NCBI GenBank assembly: GCA_011109175.1
Contig: RDEW01000005.1
Location: forward strand, 496,001 to 560,000
DNA from: Dicyema japonicum
Taxonomy: Eukaryota; Animalia; Dicyemida
Length of the DNA stretch: 64,000 nucleotides
Direction of reading: 5' to 3'
Part shown: piece after piece, positions 48,780 through 60,169 of the stretch
Layout: each line of letters begins with the position of its first letter
Numbering within the stretch: the stretch's first letter is position 1
Notes under the pieces: generated by a model
Databases searched by the model: none
Told to the model about the DNA's origin: nothing
The model's input: the letters and a program-made list of their open reading frames with translations, nothing else
Made by a program: the position numbers and the translations under genes

Positions 48780-49060
48780 TTCCATGACAGCCAGGATGCC
48801 ACAGTGTCTTAAGTTTCACATTGCAAATCGCAAAAGAAAAATTATTATGTCAACCAGAATCCTCTCTTCCGAGGAACGTCTGAGTGAACTGGCTCGTCTA
48901 CGATGCGGGCACCACACCTATCTACCAACGTACGATATCCTCTGTCCCTTTTGCAACCTCTGCGTGTTGACAACAAACAACTTAGTTGAATGAATTAGCA
49001 CAATATTCGTCTACAATGCCGGGACTTAGTGAAGCTGGGGTTACTAAACTAACAAAGATT
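48780..49060 (+). mobile_element. LINE 3' end with a C-terminal Cys/His finger (I-group-like)
   Basis: ELARLRCGHH...CPFC, ending EAGVTKL*. Confidence 0.6.
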
Positions 49061-49339
49061 TATCATACTAGCTATCCCATAATTGTATTTCACTCTCCTG
49101 TGCTCGTAATCGGGTTCCTGCTGATAAGGAAGACTTTCACTCATTATGAGTATAGGTAGACTGGTCACCTTAACCCTCAGACCAATTAACCACTATCTGA
49201 TGGTAGATTAAATGATAGCTATAAAAGTAATTCTTTAAAAAGTAAATAAAAAATTTATTACGGAAAAGAGACAAAGTGGTCATATAGGGGTCGCCCTTAC
49301 TGCGTGGCTATTCCCTCTAAAATTGTGTATTAAATTATG

Positions 49340-49600
49340 CGGTTACGTAATTAAAATGATTGATGAGTAATCTCCTTCATCTTTTATTCCATGACCACCG
49401 TTGAGACGAAAAAAATAATTGATCCCGACGAATTTGATAGTTCTCCCACTTGATTCTACACAGGCACGTTGGGGTCGTGTGGTTTTCTGATCCCGTTGTG
49501 TCAAGCCTCCTTCGTTATTTCTTAGGCCTGGTAATCTATTCCATGTTTCCCTTTTCATACTTTGAGACACAGAAACCCATTTCTCTTGTAGTTCAAGTTT
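49340..49600 (-). mobile_element. 3' end of a GIT-type LINE
   Basis: QRDQKTTRPQRAC...FVGI; cggtggtcatgg 3' UTR motif. Confidence 0.6.
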
Positions 49601-49699
49601 GGATTCGGTGACTCAAATTAGGCACACGGTGGTTTTCAATATTGAATAAACCACCAAACAAATCCGATGACTCATCACTAGAATTCATGACGCCAAGAT

Positions 49700-50450
49700 G
49701 TTCTACCAAAATCAAGAACGATTCGAAGGCAGACTGGATTGGTTTCAACACTTTGTGGACAGTTTTTTATTGGGCTTCGCTGTTGAAGACTTTCCTATTG
49801 ACAAGGCAGATATTAACCTCCTGAAATTCAACAGAATGTTTATCCCCTATGGTCTTAACCCGAAACTATCTCCGGGCATCCTGAAATTTATTACCTGGCC
49901 GACGTGGACATGTCCGAACTGGAAAAATTTGTACAAAATCATACTCGCAAATGGGCCCCACCAGTTTTCCCTCTGTCTACTCTCCTTTTCTACACGATTT
50001 ACCAGGACACTGAAATTATCCTACGCGGACAACCAGATTATCGCTGCAAATCCCCTTCCAGGGCTGTGACGGTGGTTCGGTCACACCTCAACCATGTGTG
50101 TGACTGGCTATCCGTGAATTTACTGTCTGTGTCTGCATCCAAGTCTCAGTTCACCCTATTGAAAGCGGACAGGGGATTTAATGGTGGACTTGAAGTATTC
50201 CTTGAAACATTCCCATTACTTATATGCGATTCCAGAAGATCCTTGGAGTGACATTGACTCTTATGACCAAATAGTCACTGAAGATTTGCACTTCCCTCTT
50301 TGAGAATCGAGCTTACAAAATCATGAGGCATATGCAATCACACATCATATCCATCCCCACTATCCTTTCAGAGGCGGAGACGTTGAGAAATGTCCAGGAC
50401 TTCTATGTAGGGAGTTAGGAAACCCATTTAGAGAAAGGCGGCCATGCAGT
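49700..50450 (+). mobile_element. Degraded GIT-type LINE, subfamily of 19490-20360
   Basis: SHLNHVCDWLSVNLLSVSASKSQFTL is nearly identical to 19700-19780. Confidence 0.8.
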
Positions 50451-51049
50451 GGAATTTAGATTGACAATAAAAAGTGTACTCAGATAAAATTCCTCTGCAG
50501 ACATAAAAGAAGACACATCCTGAATGCAGTTGGATCATTAGGTGGGAGTGAACCAAGGGATGTTATGAGATTCGAACTCGGAACCATCAGGATTTTGTAG
50601 GCACTTATGACAATTAGTAATTAAATAAAAAATTTCAAAGACAACGATAGAATCAAAATATGACACATCCCGGAAAAATAAAATATTTGTGATTAAGACA
50701 AAAAAATATTTTAAAAATTTGTTAATATTTTAATAATTTAGTTAAGCAAAAATAGGTTTGTTTGTCTATTGGTTTGTGGTTCGAATGATGGTAGCCATCT
50801 TTCGTATGAATTTTGATTCTAACACTTAACTGACTTACCACAAATTATGTTTTAACTGTTGTCTACTAAAAAATTCAACGTTAAAAAATTTTCTCATTTT
50901 GGGTAAATTTAAAAAATTCAATTGAGCTTATTTGGAAACAGAAACAAAGTAGTGAATTAATGCCAAAAGACTTAGAGTAATGGAAACCACCTCCCTTCGC
51001 AAGGACATCGAATTGTCTTTCAATCAAATTTCTATTTTTGTTATACTTC

Positions 51050-51420
51050 ATCCATAGTGGACCCGGCCGACATTATCGACGTTGCGTTGCCTCTCACGAT
51101 TGCAACAAAGATCAACTGAAGAAGCCACCGAATCTCACGTGCGTCGTGGAATTTTAGTGTAGCTAGGCGTCCAAGTTTCTTTAGGAAGCGATTTTCCACT
51201 TATTCCTCCAATTGTCTCGACCACAATCGGATAGAACGCGAATTGATCGCTCAGCACTTTGCATTTCTTATCCTTTGCCCTCATCGATTTTTACGCGGCA
51301 TACAGTGCGTCTACGGCGCTCCCGACAATATTGGACAAGCAAAGTGGGTCGACACAAGTAACGTCCTAGACCAAAGATTTCCCATTTATCCATTCTCACA
51401 ACTTCTTCAGAGGTTTCGAA
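51050..51420 (-). mobile_element. CRE REL 3' end
   Basis: GKSL.xDVTCVD, FYPIVVETIGG, KKLGRL and AIVRGNA. Its last 60 nt recur at 54795-54850. Confidence 0.8.
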
Positions 51421-51500
51421 GGCGATCAGGACGAAGCAAAAATAATTTAAAGATATTTTAATTGTGAAATGTTTAAAAGAATATTGATAGCTTTTTTCAT

Positions 51501-51572
51501 TTAGAAATTGCTCAAGGGTAGAGTGGAAGCCTGTAGTTCTCTAGGTCCCCTGTTCAAATCCGGTTCTTGGGA
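51501..51572 (+). pseudogene. tRNA-Tyr(GTA) pseudogene
   Basis: D-arm GCTC-AAGGGTA-GAGT, CTGTAG anticodon loop, AGGTC variable loop, GTTCAAATCC T-loop and a T7 terminator. The acceptor, anticodon and T stems are mispaired. Confidence 0.65.
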
Positions 51573-51835
51573 TTTTTTTATAGTTTCATTTTATCGGTTA
51601 CTCAGATTTTTTAATTTTTGAGAATAAAATAATGAAAAATGTAAGTTTTGTTAAATTATGAGTAATAATTTAACTTTAACTGACTTTTTAAGTTTTACAC
51701 GATTCATATTCTAGTTAATGCATGTTACAATCTCCCATCCATAAAGCCGTTTATGCAGAAGAATCACGTAGACATTCAATTGTAACAAATTATTATTTTA
51801 CTATCTTAAAAGGTTAATTCTAACTAAAATGTTCT

Positions 51836-54450
51836 CTATCCAATTCTTTTCCTCTTAGAGCAAGTAAACCCAATTGTCACAGTCCTTTTCCTCAATATAT
51901 ATTTCATCACTTCGCTCGAACTCTTCTCTTGAATTTCTTTATAATCAGAAAGAGAGTAAATATCCTTTTTCCCTTCACTAAGTTTATCATAACGCCGCGA
52001 AACGTCGACTTGGTTCCTATATGATACAGTCATACTCTCCAAAGTCTTCATGATTACCAGCAATTGAACATACGTTCTTTCACTTATATAGATCTGGCAT
52101 ACTTCCACGAATGTGAAGTCACAAAGCAATCCCAAGTGAGCACAATCGGGACAATCTTGACCTCTGCGTGGTGTATCAACTCCAGCTCTTTGGAAAGAAG
52201 GTCATATTTCCTCAGCTTTTCGCATTACACCTGCTGTAGATTTTGGGAAGATGTTATTCCCACTTCGACCAAGGTAATTTTGTTTCTCCTTTTATCAAAA
52301 TCGAACAGGTCTGACTTATGCTCAATAATTATGTCCGTTTTGATAAAGTTGTCAACTCTGACTTCAACCGAGTCATTCATTATAATGGATTGCACTGAAT
52401 GAGTTTTCAGTTTCTTCTCTTTTTTTGAGATTAAACTCTCTGCAAAAGTGGAAATGTAGACACCTCACGACTTCGTTATGTCTTCTTACATAATCCCCAT
52501 GCAACATCTTTTCACACCTTGTGGCACAATGATCCACGGTCTTCTTCCATTTTTTACAATGGGTGACATTGCATTTTGTTCTCCAAAGAACAGATTCCTA
52601 TCTTGAATAAGGCAGAATAAGGCTTCCGACCTTGGGGAGTTATTCCCTTTTAGAAGCCAATGAGAGGAATGCTCTATATTCACATAATCCTCCAACAAAT
52701 TCTTATAAATAACGGAATGAAGACTCTTCAATCCTATTTGATTCATTAAACCTTCTTTTTGCATGTTTGATATCAATTTAGTATCCAACTCAGAAGTGTC
52801 GCAAACAGAATACTTGTGCCTTAGAAATTCTTCAATTAATGCCAAATGTGTTTTCTCTGAAATTTCGGCTTGAAGAATTGCGGCACTTCTACTGCAAACA
52901 GTACTTCTGAGTTTCAAATACAAAAACCCATATAACATCACTTAAAAGAGAGATTGAGCGTAGCCCTCTCCCAAGGTAATTCCTCGTTAAATAAAGCCTC
53001 TGTTTGCATGCAGGTTTGAGATGGACTCGATGTTTAATCAATATGGTGCGGATAGCTGAGTCAATCGAATCGTATTTACAGGGTTCCACATTAATAGTCC
53101 AATGGATACTTATATGTCAATAAACGGATAAGTGGGTCAAGCACTAAGACAAACATGGGGGATAGACTATCCCCCTGCAAATTCCCCTTTCAATCTGAAT
53201 ATCACGAATATTTTCATTATTCAACATTAGTTTCACTCTCCAATGCATAATCTCACAACTTTAATTCCGGATTTTTCAAGGACTTGCATTAAAAAGTTGT
53301 GGTCAACCGAGTCAAATGCTTTTTTGACGTCAATCCATGCATCATATAATCCACTTCCATATACTTTATTAATGATTTATTGACTAGTGCCTGTTCTTTA
53401 GCACCCTGACATCTCTTCCTTGTTCCCATCTGGTTTTCAGAAAGAAGGCCAAACGCTTCCACATAATCCGCTAGCTTGGCATTGATACACTTTGTCATAA
53501 GTTTATAGTGACGACATGCATGTAATAGGGCTTAAGTCCTTTGGAGACTTTGCCGCTTCGCATTTTGGAATCAAGTACGTAATTCCAGAAAAAACCAGTT
53601 TCCAGGGACGTACTCCCCGTTTACAATTCAATGCATTTCGGTATAAATTCATGCAGCGAGGTAAATTTCTTAAGGAAGAAATTGTAGATCCCATCACAAC
53701 CTGGGGCCTTCCAATTCGGCAAATATTGAATCAAATACATTTTTTCGAGAATTCAACAGACACATTTTCAACACCAGTCATTTTTTTTCCGATATTAAAA
53801 CTTTCCGAATTTAGATTCCTCCTTTTCCAAATTCTTCCCAAAAATCTGCGCATTTTTCCTTATCACTTGAGATATTAATATTATTTGTCGTGAATTCAAG
53901 TTCCTGTAGAAGGATTTTCTATTCAATTCAAATATTTGGTTGTCCATACGAAATTTCCTTTTCGATTCAAATGTCGATATTTTTTTCTCCATGACTTTAA
54001 TCCTATCTTGGATAAGAGACGTAATTCTGGTCCTTTCTTGGGATTGTTTTTTCCTGTAACCAACTATCGACAAATCATGGCACCCCATAGACTTCTCGTC
54101 AGCAGAAAAAGTCTTCGTAAAAAACTTTTCAATAAAAACAGAATGTGATCTCCATTGTTCAATTTTCTTAGTCATATCCTCCATCCATTTTGAGGCTCAA
54201 TTTTTTTGTAGAGTTTGATAGGCAGTTTGCCCAGCATCAATAATAGAAGAAATTTAATCAATTGACGTTGGGTGATTGACTTTAATCCAAGCATAACACG
54301 GTTCAGGCATTCGACAACATCCACTTTTACATAAGGAATTTTCTTCGTACGGGGTTTTGAAGAATGGTCAATTGATTGATTAGTCCGTAACTCCTCAATA
54401 AAAGTGCGTTCACAACGAGCATACAACTTAGCCTCAATAAATGTCATAGG
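51836..54450 (-). mobile_element. Near full-length degraded R4/Dong-like REL non-LTR retrotransposon
   Basis: PITCMSSLYK, NQMGTRKRCQGAKEQAL, WIDVKKAFDSV, RLYLTRNYLGRGL, RRHNEVVRCLH, TLVEVGIT, EKLRKYDLL and PIVLTWD. Confidence 0.85.
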
Positions 54451-54859
54451 GGCTTAGAATCTGAGGTCCCCTTCGAATTATGTCCATTGCTTAATAATTG
54501 TTGACGCATTTTGGGCGTATATCAGTCTTTCGAACTCAGGCATTGTTATTTCCTCCCCAAACTTAGACTTGAACCCTTCCAAGAGAGTAGCCCACCCACC
54601 TCTGGGGACACGACCGAGTCTAGAGCGCGTGCTTTCAATAACCTAGGTAGCCCATTGTTCTCGACAATCAGCTGTTGAGGAAGACATTATTGCTCGTAAA
54701 ACCGGAAATTTCGTGTTGTTTTGGTGAGGACGAATCCTAGAAGACATTCAATTTATTAAATCAATAATGTAATTAAATTAGCACTGCCAACCATCCAAAG
54801 TGGACCCCGCCGACATTATCGACGTTGCGTTTCCTCTCACGATTGCAACAGAAATAAAA

Positions 54860-55900
54860 TAGTTATTATTTTTCTTAGAATTCTTGTTGCATATTTTAGA
54901 ACTTTATAGATCAGGCATGTCAACTATAATCATTTTTTCCGCATTTTTCAGACGTTTAAGAGCCACGTCAACCAAAAAGTGCTTTTTTATAATGATTAAT
55001 TTCTCACAAATTTTCATTGTCTTAACGGCTTACATCAGAGAGAATAGTAATAGATTTTTGCTCACGCTTGTGTTTTGTTATGAAGGTTGTCTATTTTACT
55101 CTGCTACAAAAACAAGAAATAGTAACCTATCTAAGTTATCAAATTTTGCCATCAAATTTGCTGAAGGAGAAACGAAATTTCATAAGAACGACGTCATTAT
55201 TCAGACTAAAAAACTCATTGCCGGCTCAACTATTTTTTTCAAAACAAGTGGAATTTTATTGCGCAACACCTATCAGAGCATATACAGTGAGAGAAAAGTA
55301 CTAGTTATCTATTCTAATATCAGTTATATTTTTAATTTAGTTGATCTACGACACTATTCAAATTTCAATAAAAATTTTTGCTGGCTTTTGGTTGGATTCC
55401 TTTTCCAAATTTTGCTGGACCTCTAAAGAGTAAATCGGCTACGGAGGTGTCAAGTGCAATAAAGAGCACAATTTTTATGTTTAGAATACCAACCATTTTG
55501 GACACGGACAATGGCAAGGAATTTTTAAATGAAAAAATGTTCGAGTTATGCTCAACATATGGTATAAAACAAGTCAGGGGACGTCCTTGGGTGCAGAGAC
55601 AAGTCGAGCGTCTGAATCAGACATTGAAATTTATGATTTCTTCAACCTGCTTTTCAAAGAATTTGAATTTCAAATGGATAGACATCATTGAAGAAATTAC
55701 AAGTTCCTATAATTTTGTCCAGCATTTGGTGATCGAGTTGTTAGAAGGGTCTATTTTGATAATAATAAAAAACACGAAAAAGTGGCTAAAACGAACACAT
55801 TGATACATTCATATATCATGTTAAAGAAGTATCTACCACAGGAATGATTGATCTAGAAGATGGTAGTGTGATTCAGAAAAATAGCAGAGACTTAGCGAAA
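54860..55900 (+). mobile_element. Degraded Ginger2/TDD integrase
   Basis: LVDLRHY, PLKSKSATEV, PTILDTDNGKEF, RGRPW.Q.QVERLNQTLK and YN. Confidence 0.8.
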
Positions 55901-56329
55901 CTAGAATAATTTTACAATATAAATTTCTTAATTTTTTCTAATAAAAACAGTTATTATTATTTTAGGGTAAATCTGATCATCAATAACGTTGAGATCATTT
56001 ATAATATCATTAGAGTTATACCTTCACGAAGTTTCTATGGGAAGATAGCGTCCCGAAAATCATCAGGAAAAGTCAATTAGTAACGTTCTTCTGTTTAATC
56101 GAAATTTTAATTAAATGTATATTATCAAAAATATGTAAATTATATTTTGTTAATGTTGTGGATAATTTTACTAGTTTAAAGCAAACTTTGTTCAGATATA
56201 AAACTTCATTTTTTCAAAAATTTAAGGTTCAATCATTAATACGGAACGATTGAACTTACGTGGTCGGCTGAGAACGGGTGGTTACGGCCAAGTATAATAG
56301 GAAGGGATCAGCTCCAAAAAATTTAGGGT

Positions 56330-57760
56330 GTAGATCCGTGGAGTTTGATCCCTGATGACAAAAAGAAGGTGTCTGCCGATATATTTAAACACTCCGACGA
56401 GGAACTACCTATTGCTGATAGCACTGTCAGCATCTTTGAAGTGATGACAGCTATCAGGGAATGCAAGGTCAATGCTCCAGGATATGACCACATATCAATG
56501 AACCTTATCAAAGAGGGTCCGGATATTTTGTTTGACTATCTGCGATGTCTTTATGATGGGTGTTTACGACTTGGCCACTTGACTTTAATATGGAAGAAAG
56601 CTGTTGTGAGGATGATTCCAAAACCAGGGAAGCCAAAGAGAGATCCGGCAAGCTACAGACCAATTAGCTTAATATGTTCTTTCGCGAAAGTGATTGAACG
56701 TATCATTTTCAAAAGGCTAAGCAGACATATAGAAGAAAACGACTTTCTGATTTCGGAGCAGTGGGGTTTTTGTCCCGGAAGTGGCTGTGCAGACTGTTTC
56801 TTTCTACTGAATTCTGAAATCATAAAAGCAAAGGATTCCAAGAGACAAATAAACTTATTATGTCTCTAAAAGCATTCGACAGTGTATGAAGCGTTGTTAA
56901 AGCAGCTTGTATCAGCATGTGTTCCGAGATACCTATTTGTTTGGCTAAGAAATTATCTTCAGGAAAGACAATCTTTTGTGAAGGTGTGTGGATATATATC
57001 TGATGCAATATCATTCAAAAGAGGAGTACCTCAAGGTTCAGTATTGAGCCCTATTTTGTTTAATATATTTATGGAGAGTTTTCCACGTTCGAGGAATATT
57101 AATACTAGTCTTCTTATGCGGATGACGAAATCGTGGTGAACACATCTCTAAAATCTTCTATATCTGAAGGAAGAATCCGGGAGTATGTTGACCAGATTGA
57201 GCATTGGTGCAATTTGAGAGAGCTAAATCTCTCTGCTGAAAAATCTTGCGCACTCTGAATAAGCAATGTGAAAAAGAATCTGAAACAAGAATACACACTG
57301 GGAGTAAACAATGCACTCAGTCTGCGCTACATGGGGGTCGACTAAGGACACGCAGGAGATTACATGGACGAATTAAAGGGGAGAAAAAAGAGAACTTTTC
57401 AGTCGCTCCTATGTACATGGAAGTTACACGTTAGCCGCGACACTTACCTGTTTATCTTCAAAGGAGTTATTTTTCCTAGTCTACTTTATGGGTGCGTGGG
57501 GTGGTTCTTCTTTCCGAAGAGGGAAAAGATCTTATCTCTCCTAGAGAAGACTAGAAGAGCTGCAATTAAGCTCTCCTTAAACAAGAAACTGTGAACGAGG
57601 ACGAAAACAAGCTCTTAAAGCCGATTAGCAGGATTGTGGAAGATCGGATCAATGGTTTCAGGAGGAGATCAAAGGTCCAGGACACATATATAAAGGTGGG
57701 GGAATAAAGATTAAAAAGCTGGGAGAAACGTTCCGAAAAAGATTAATAATAAAAAAAAGA
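56330..57760 (+). mobile_element. Degraded APE-type LINE, RT to 3' end
   Basis: APGYDHI, PKPGKPKRDPASYRPISLIC, KAFDSV, GVPQGSVLSPILFN, YADD and LLYGCVGW. Confidence 0.85.
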
Positions 57761-57849
57761 GGAAGGGTCCAGGTGTGGAGTCCAAGCCTTATGGTAGGAC
57801 TCAGATGTAATACCCTCCAGAAATCTCCTTAACTCTTTTGTCAATAAAT

Positions 57850-58600
57850 CCTTGTTGTTGTTGGAACGATTGAAAAAAACGTGGTTGTTGTGTTGGTGGC
57901 ACCTACTATTCTGAAGAAGAAATACCTCTAGTTTTTAAGACACAGCTTAAAAAGATATTTGATGTGGACGATGATGTCATTTCGGAGAAGACTTGTTACG
58001 AACTATTGTCAGAGAAAACAGCATTTATAGAGATCTCTCTAGAAGAGCAGAAGATAACAATGAGAGCTGTCAAGAATCAAAGCTAGGATGTTCAAAGAAG
58101 CCCCAGAAATTTTATTCAAAGTTCTCAAAGATATGTTCAACGCATGCATAAAAATTGGTCATGTTCCACTGGAATGGAAGAAAACCATTGTACGGATGGT
58201 AGCGAAGACAGGAAGACCGAAAAATGATCCTGATAGCAACCGTCCGATTCGGTCAATCTCAAAAATCATGAAAAAATTGTCTTCCGGAGGCTTACAAATC
58301 AGCTGGAAAAAGAAGATTACTTCAGAAATGATTAATTTGGTTTTCGCCCAGGACGGTCATGCGATGATTGCTTATTTCATCTCAACTCGAGTTATGCAAA
58401 GCCAGAGAATCCAGATGTCTCCTGAATGTCATGTCTCGACATATCAAAAGCAGTGTTAACCACAGATCCATAATCGATCAGTTATCTCGGACGGAGAGTC
58501 CAAAGGAACTAGTGAATTGGGTGAAAGTATACCTAAAAGGAAGAAAATCCCATGTTAGATGCGAACGCTATTTTTCGAATATGATATTATGATATTATCA
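57850..58600 (+). mobile_element. Degraded LINE RT, second family
   Basis: PEILFKVLKDMFNAC..GHVP.EWK, KTGRPKNDPDS.RPI and ELVNWVKVYLKGR. Confidence 0.8.
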
Positions 58601-59019
58601 GGATTGCCCTACACAAAAGGCTCGACGAGAAGCTAGATGAAGATGAAAATTTGCTAGTAATGTCGATAAGAGATGCAGTAGAAAAAGGATGGAAAATTAC
58701 CTGAAAAGAGATGCCATCATTGATTCGTATGTTGCAGCACAGAATAAACGATAAGAGGGGTCTGAGAGCGCAGAGAAGAGTCCAAGCGTTTGCAGGACTT
58801 GCGGCATGAGGTCAACTAACTCCCTGTTTAATTATTCCTTCCTAATAAAGTTGTTAAAGTTAAAAGGGAAGATTGCCATTTTGTTTGATTGGTTTTTTAA
58901 ATCAATACATTGAATATCGATTTTTGAACGGCTCGTATTCAACCGTATCTCATTCTGAACCGGTCACAATAAATTAAATTTAATAAATTTTATACGAATA
59001 TTTTTAAATCGGTTCAGAC

Positions 59020-59284
59020 ACCTGGAGCAGCTGCTTCGACTGCGGAGAACCTAAAAATCAAGAAATATTCTTGCCTCGGGGATCGCTACCGATTTACTCC
59101 TGTTGCGACCGAATCATCGGGAGCCGTTGGTCCAATGACGGCTGAGTTCTTGCGAGAACTCGGAGGATTGCTTGCCAGAAAAAAAAGGGATCAACGAGAA
59201 GGGTTATGGCTAAGACAAAAGATTGGAACAACCATACTCAGAGGTAACTCGTTCGCAATCCACGCAGCAGGCTTCCTCAACTGA
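59020..59284 (+). mobile_element. CRE REL 3' end with a stop-free frame
   Basis: PGAAASTAENLKIKKY..LGDRYRFTPVATESSG...ILRGNSFAIHAAGFLN*. Confidence 0.85.
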
Positions 59285-59419
59285 CAATTGTTTAATTGTT
59301 AAAAAAATTATTCTTTAAAAAAAATTAATAAAGTTAATGATACACGTTCAAAAAAAATTTATTAATGGAAATAATTTTTTTAAACAATAACAATTTATTG
59401 AAGAATGAAACCAAATAGT

Positions 59420-59680
59420 TAAAGGCTACTGGCTGCTCTCAGCATTGAGAGCGCATTTCCCTTACGATCTGTAAGGGGATGCGCTCAATGAGCAGCCCTT
59501 CTCTCTGACATCACTCCTCCTTTAGCGACAACGATCCAATTTTGTTGAGCAGGGCTAACGACCTGCTTCCTATGACTCCCGAAGTTTCGACTGCGACTGG
59601 TTCAAATGTGTACTGCTCGCCGAGGCATGTGTACTTATTTGCTTTAAGTATTTCTGCTTTCTCTGCAGCTGAGCCTGGAT
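59420..59680 (-). mobile_element. CRE REL 3' end, convergent with the previous copy
   Basis: PGSAAEKAEILKANKY..LGEQYTFEPVAVETSG...ERIPLQIVR(G)NA..LRAASSL*. Confidence 0.85.
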
Positions 59681-59714
59681 GGAAATAATTAAGATAATCA
59701 ATTAACTCAATAAT

Positions 59715-60015
59715 GGCCGCGTGGTGCCTCGTGGCAATTGGTTGAAGTTTCTGTTTGTTCGTCTGTTCCTTCTCTCTCTTCCTATTAGAGTGGCGTCATG
59801 TGATCCACCAGTCTAGGTGGCGCCCAGTGCCAGGCCGGCACAAAAAGGATCATTTGCTCTTCCACACTCCACTGGAGGGGGTTCCACAACTGCAAGTATT
59901 GACGTCTTTTACCCATTATGTTGATTCCGTATGGACTCTGTTTCAGTGGAAACTGGATAAACTTAATTAGTTGTTTCCTTTAACTGTCTCGGTGTATCCG
60001 GGGTTAATAAATAAT
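59715..60015 (+). mobile_element. SINE body type B with LINE-like 3' end
   Basis: Collinear with 22330-22645; ends taattagtt...ggtgtatccggggttaataaataa. Confidence 0.75.
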
Positions 60016-60169
60016 ATGTCGCGAGCGCTGAGCGTGATGACAGGTGCCAACATCTGTCATGTTAATTAAAATTAATAAATACTTAAGTTTTGGAATAATT
60101 CGTACATTTTTATATAAAATCATTATTTTACTAATAGAGATTAATCTAACTCGTAGCGTGGCGTTATGT

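Noticed and set aside
56255-56305. Minus-strand similarity to the 5' part of 5S rRNA
   Set aside because: Only about 21 of 29 nt match a remembered consensus, there is no C box, and no second copy supports a 5S-derived SINE.
59431-59497. Long hairpin as a pre-miRNA or Helitron end
   Set aside because: It lies within a CRE coding end, so it is treated as an element feature instead.
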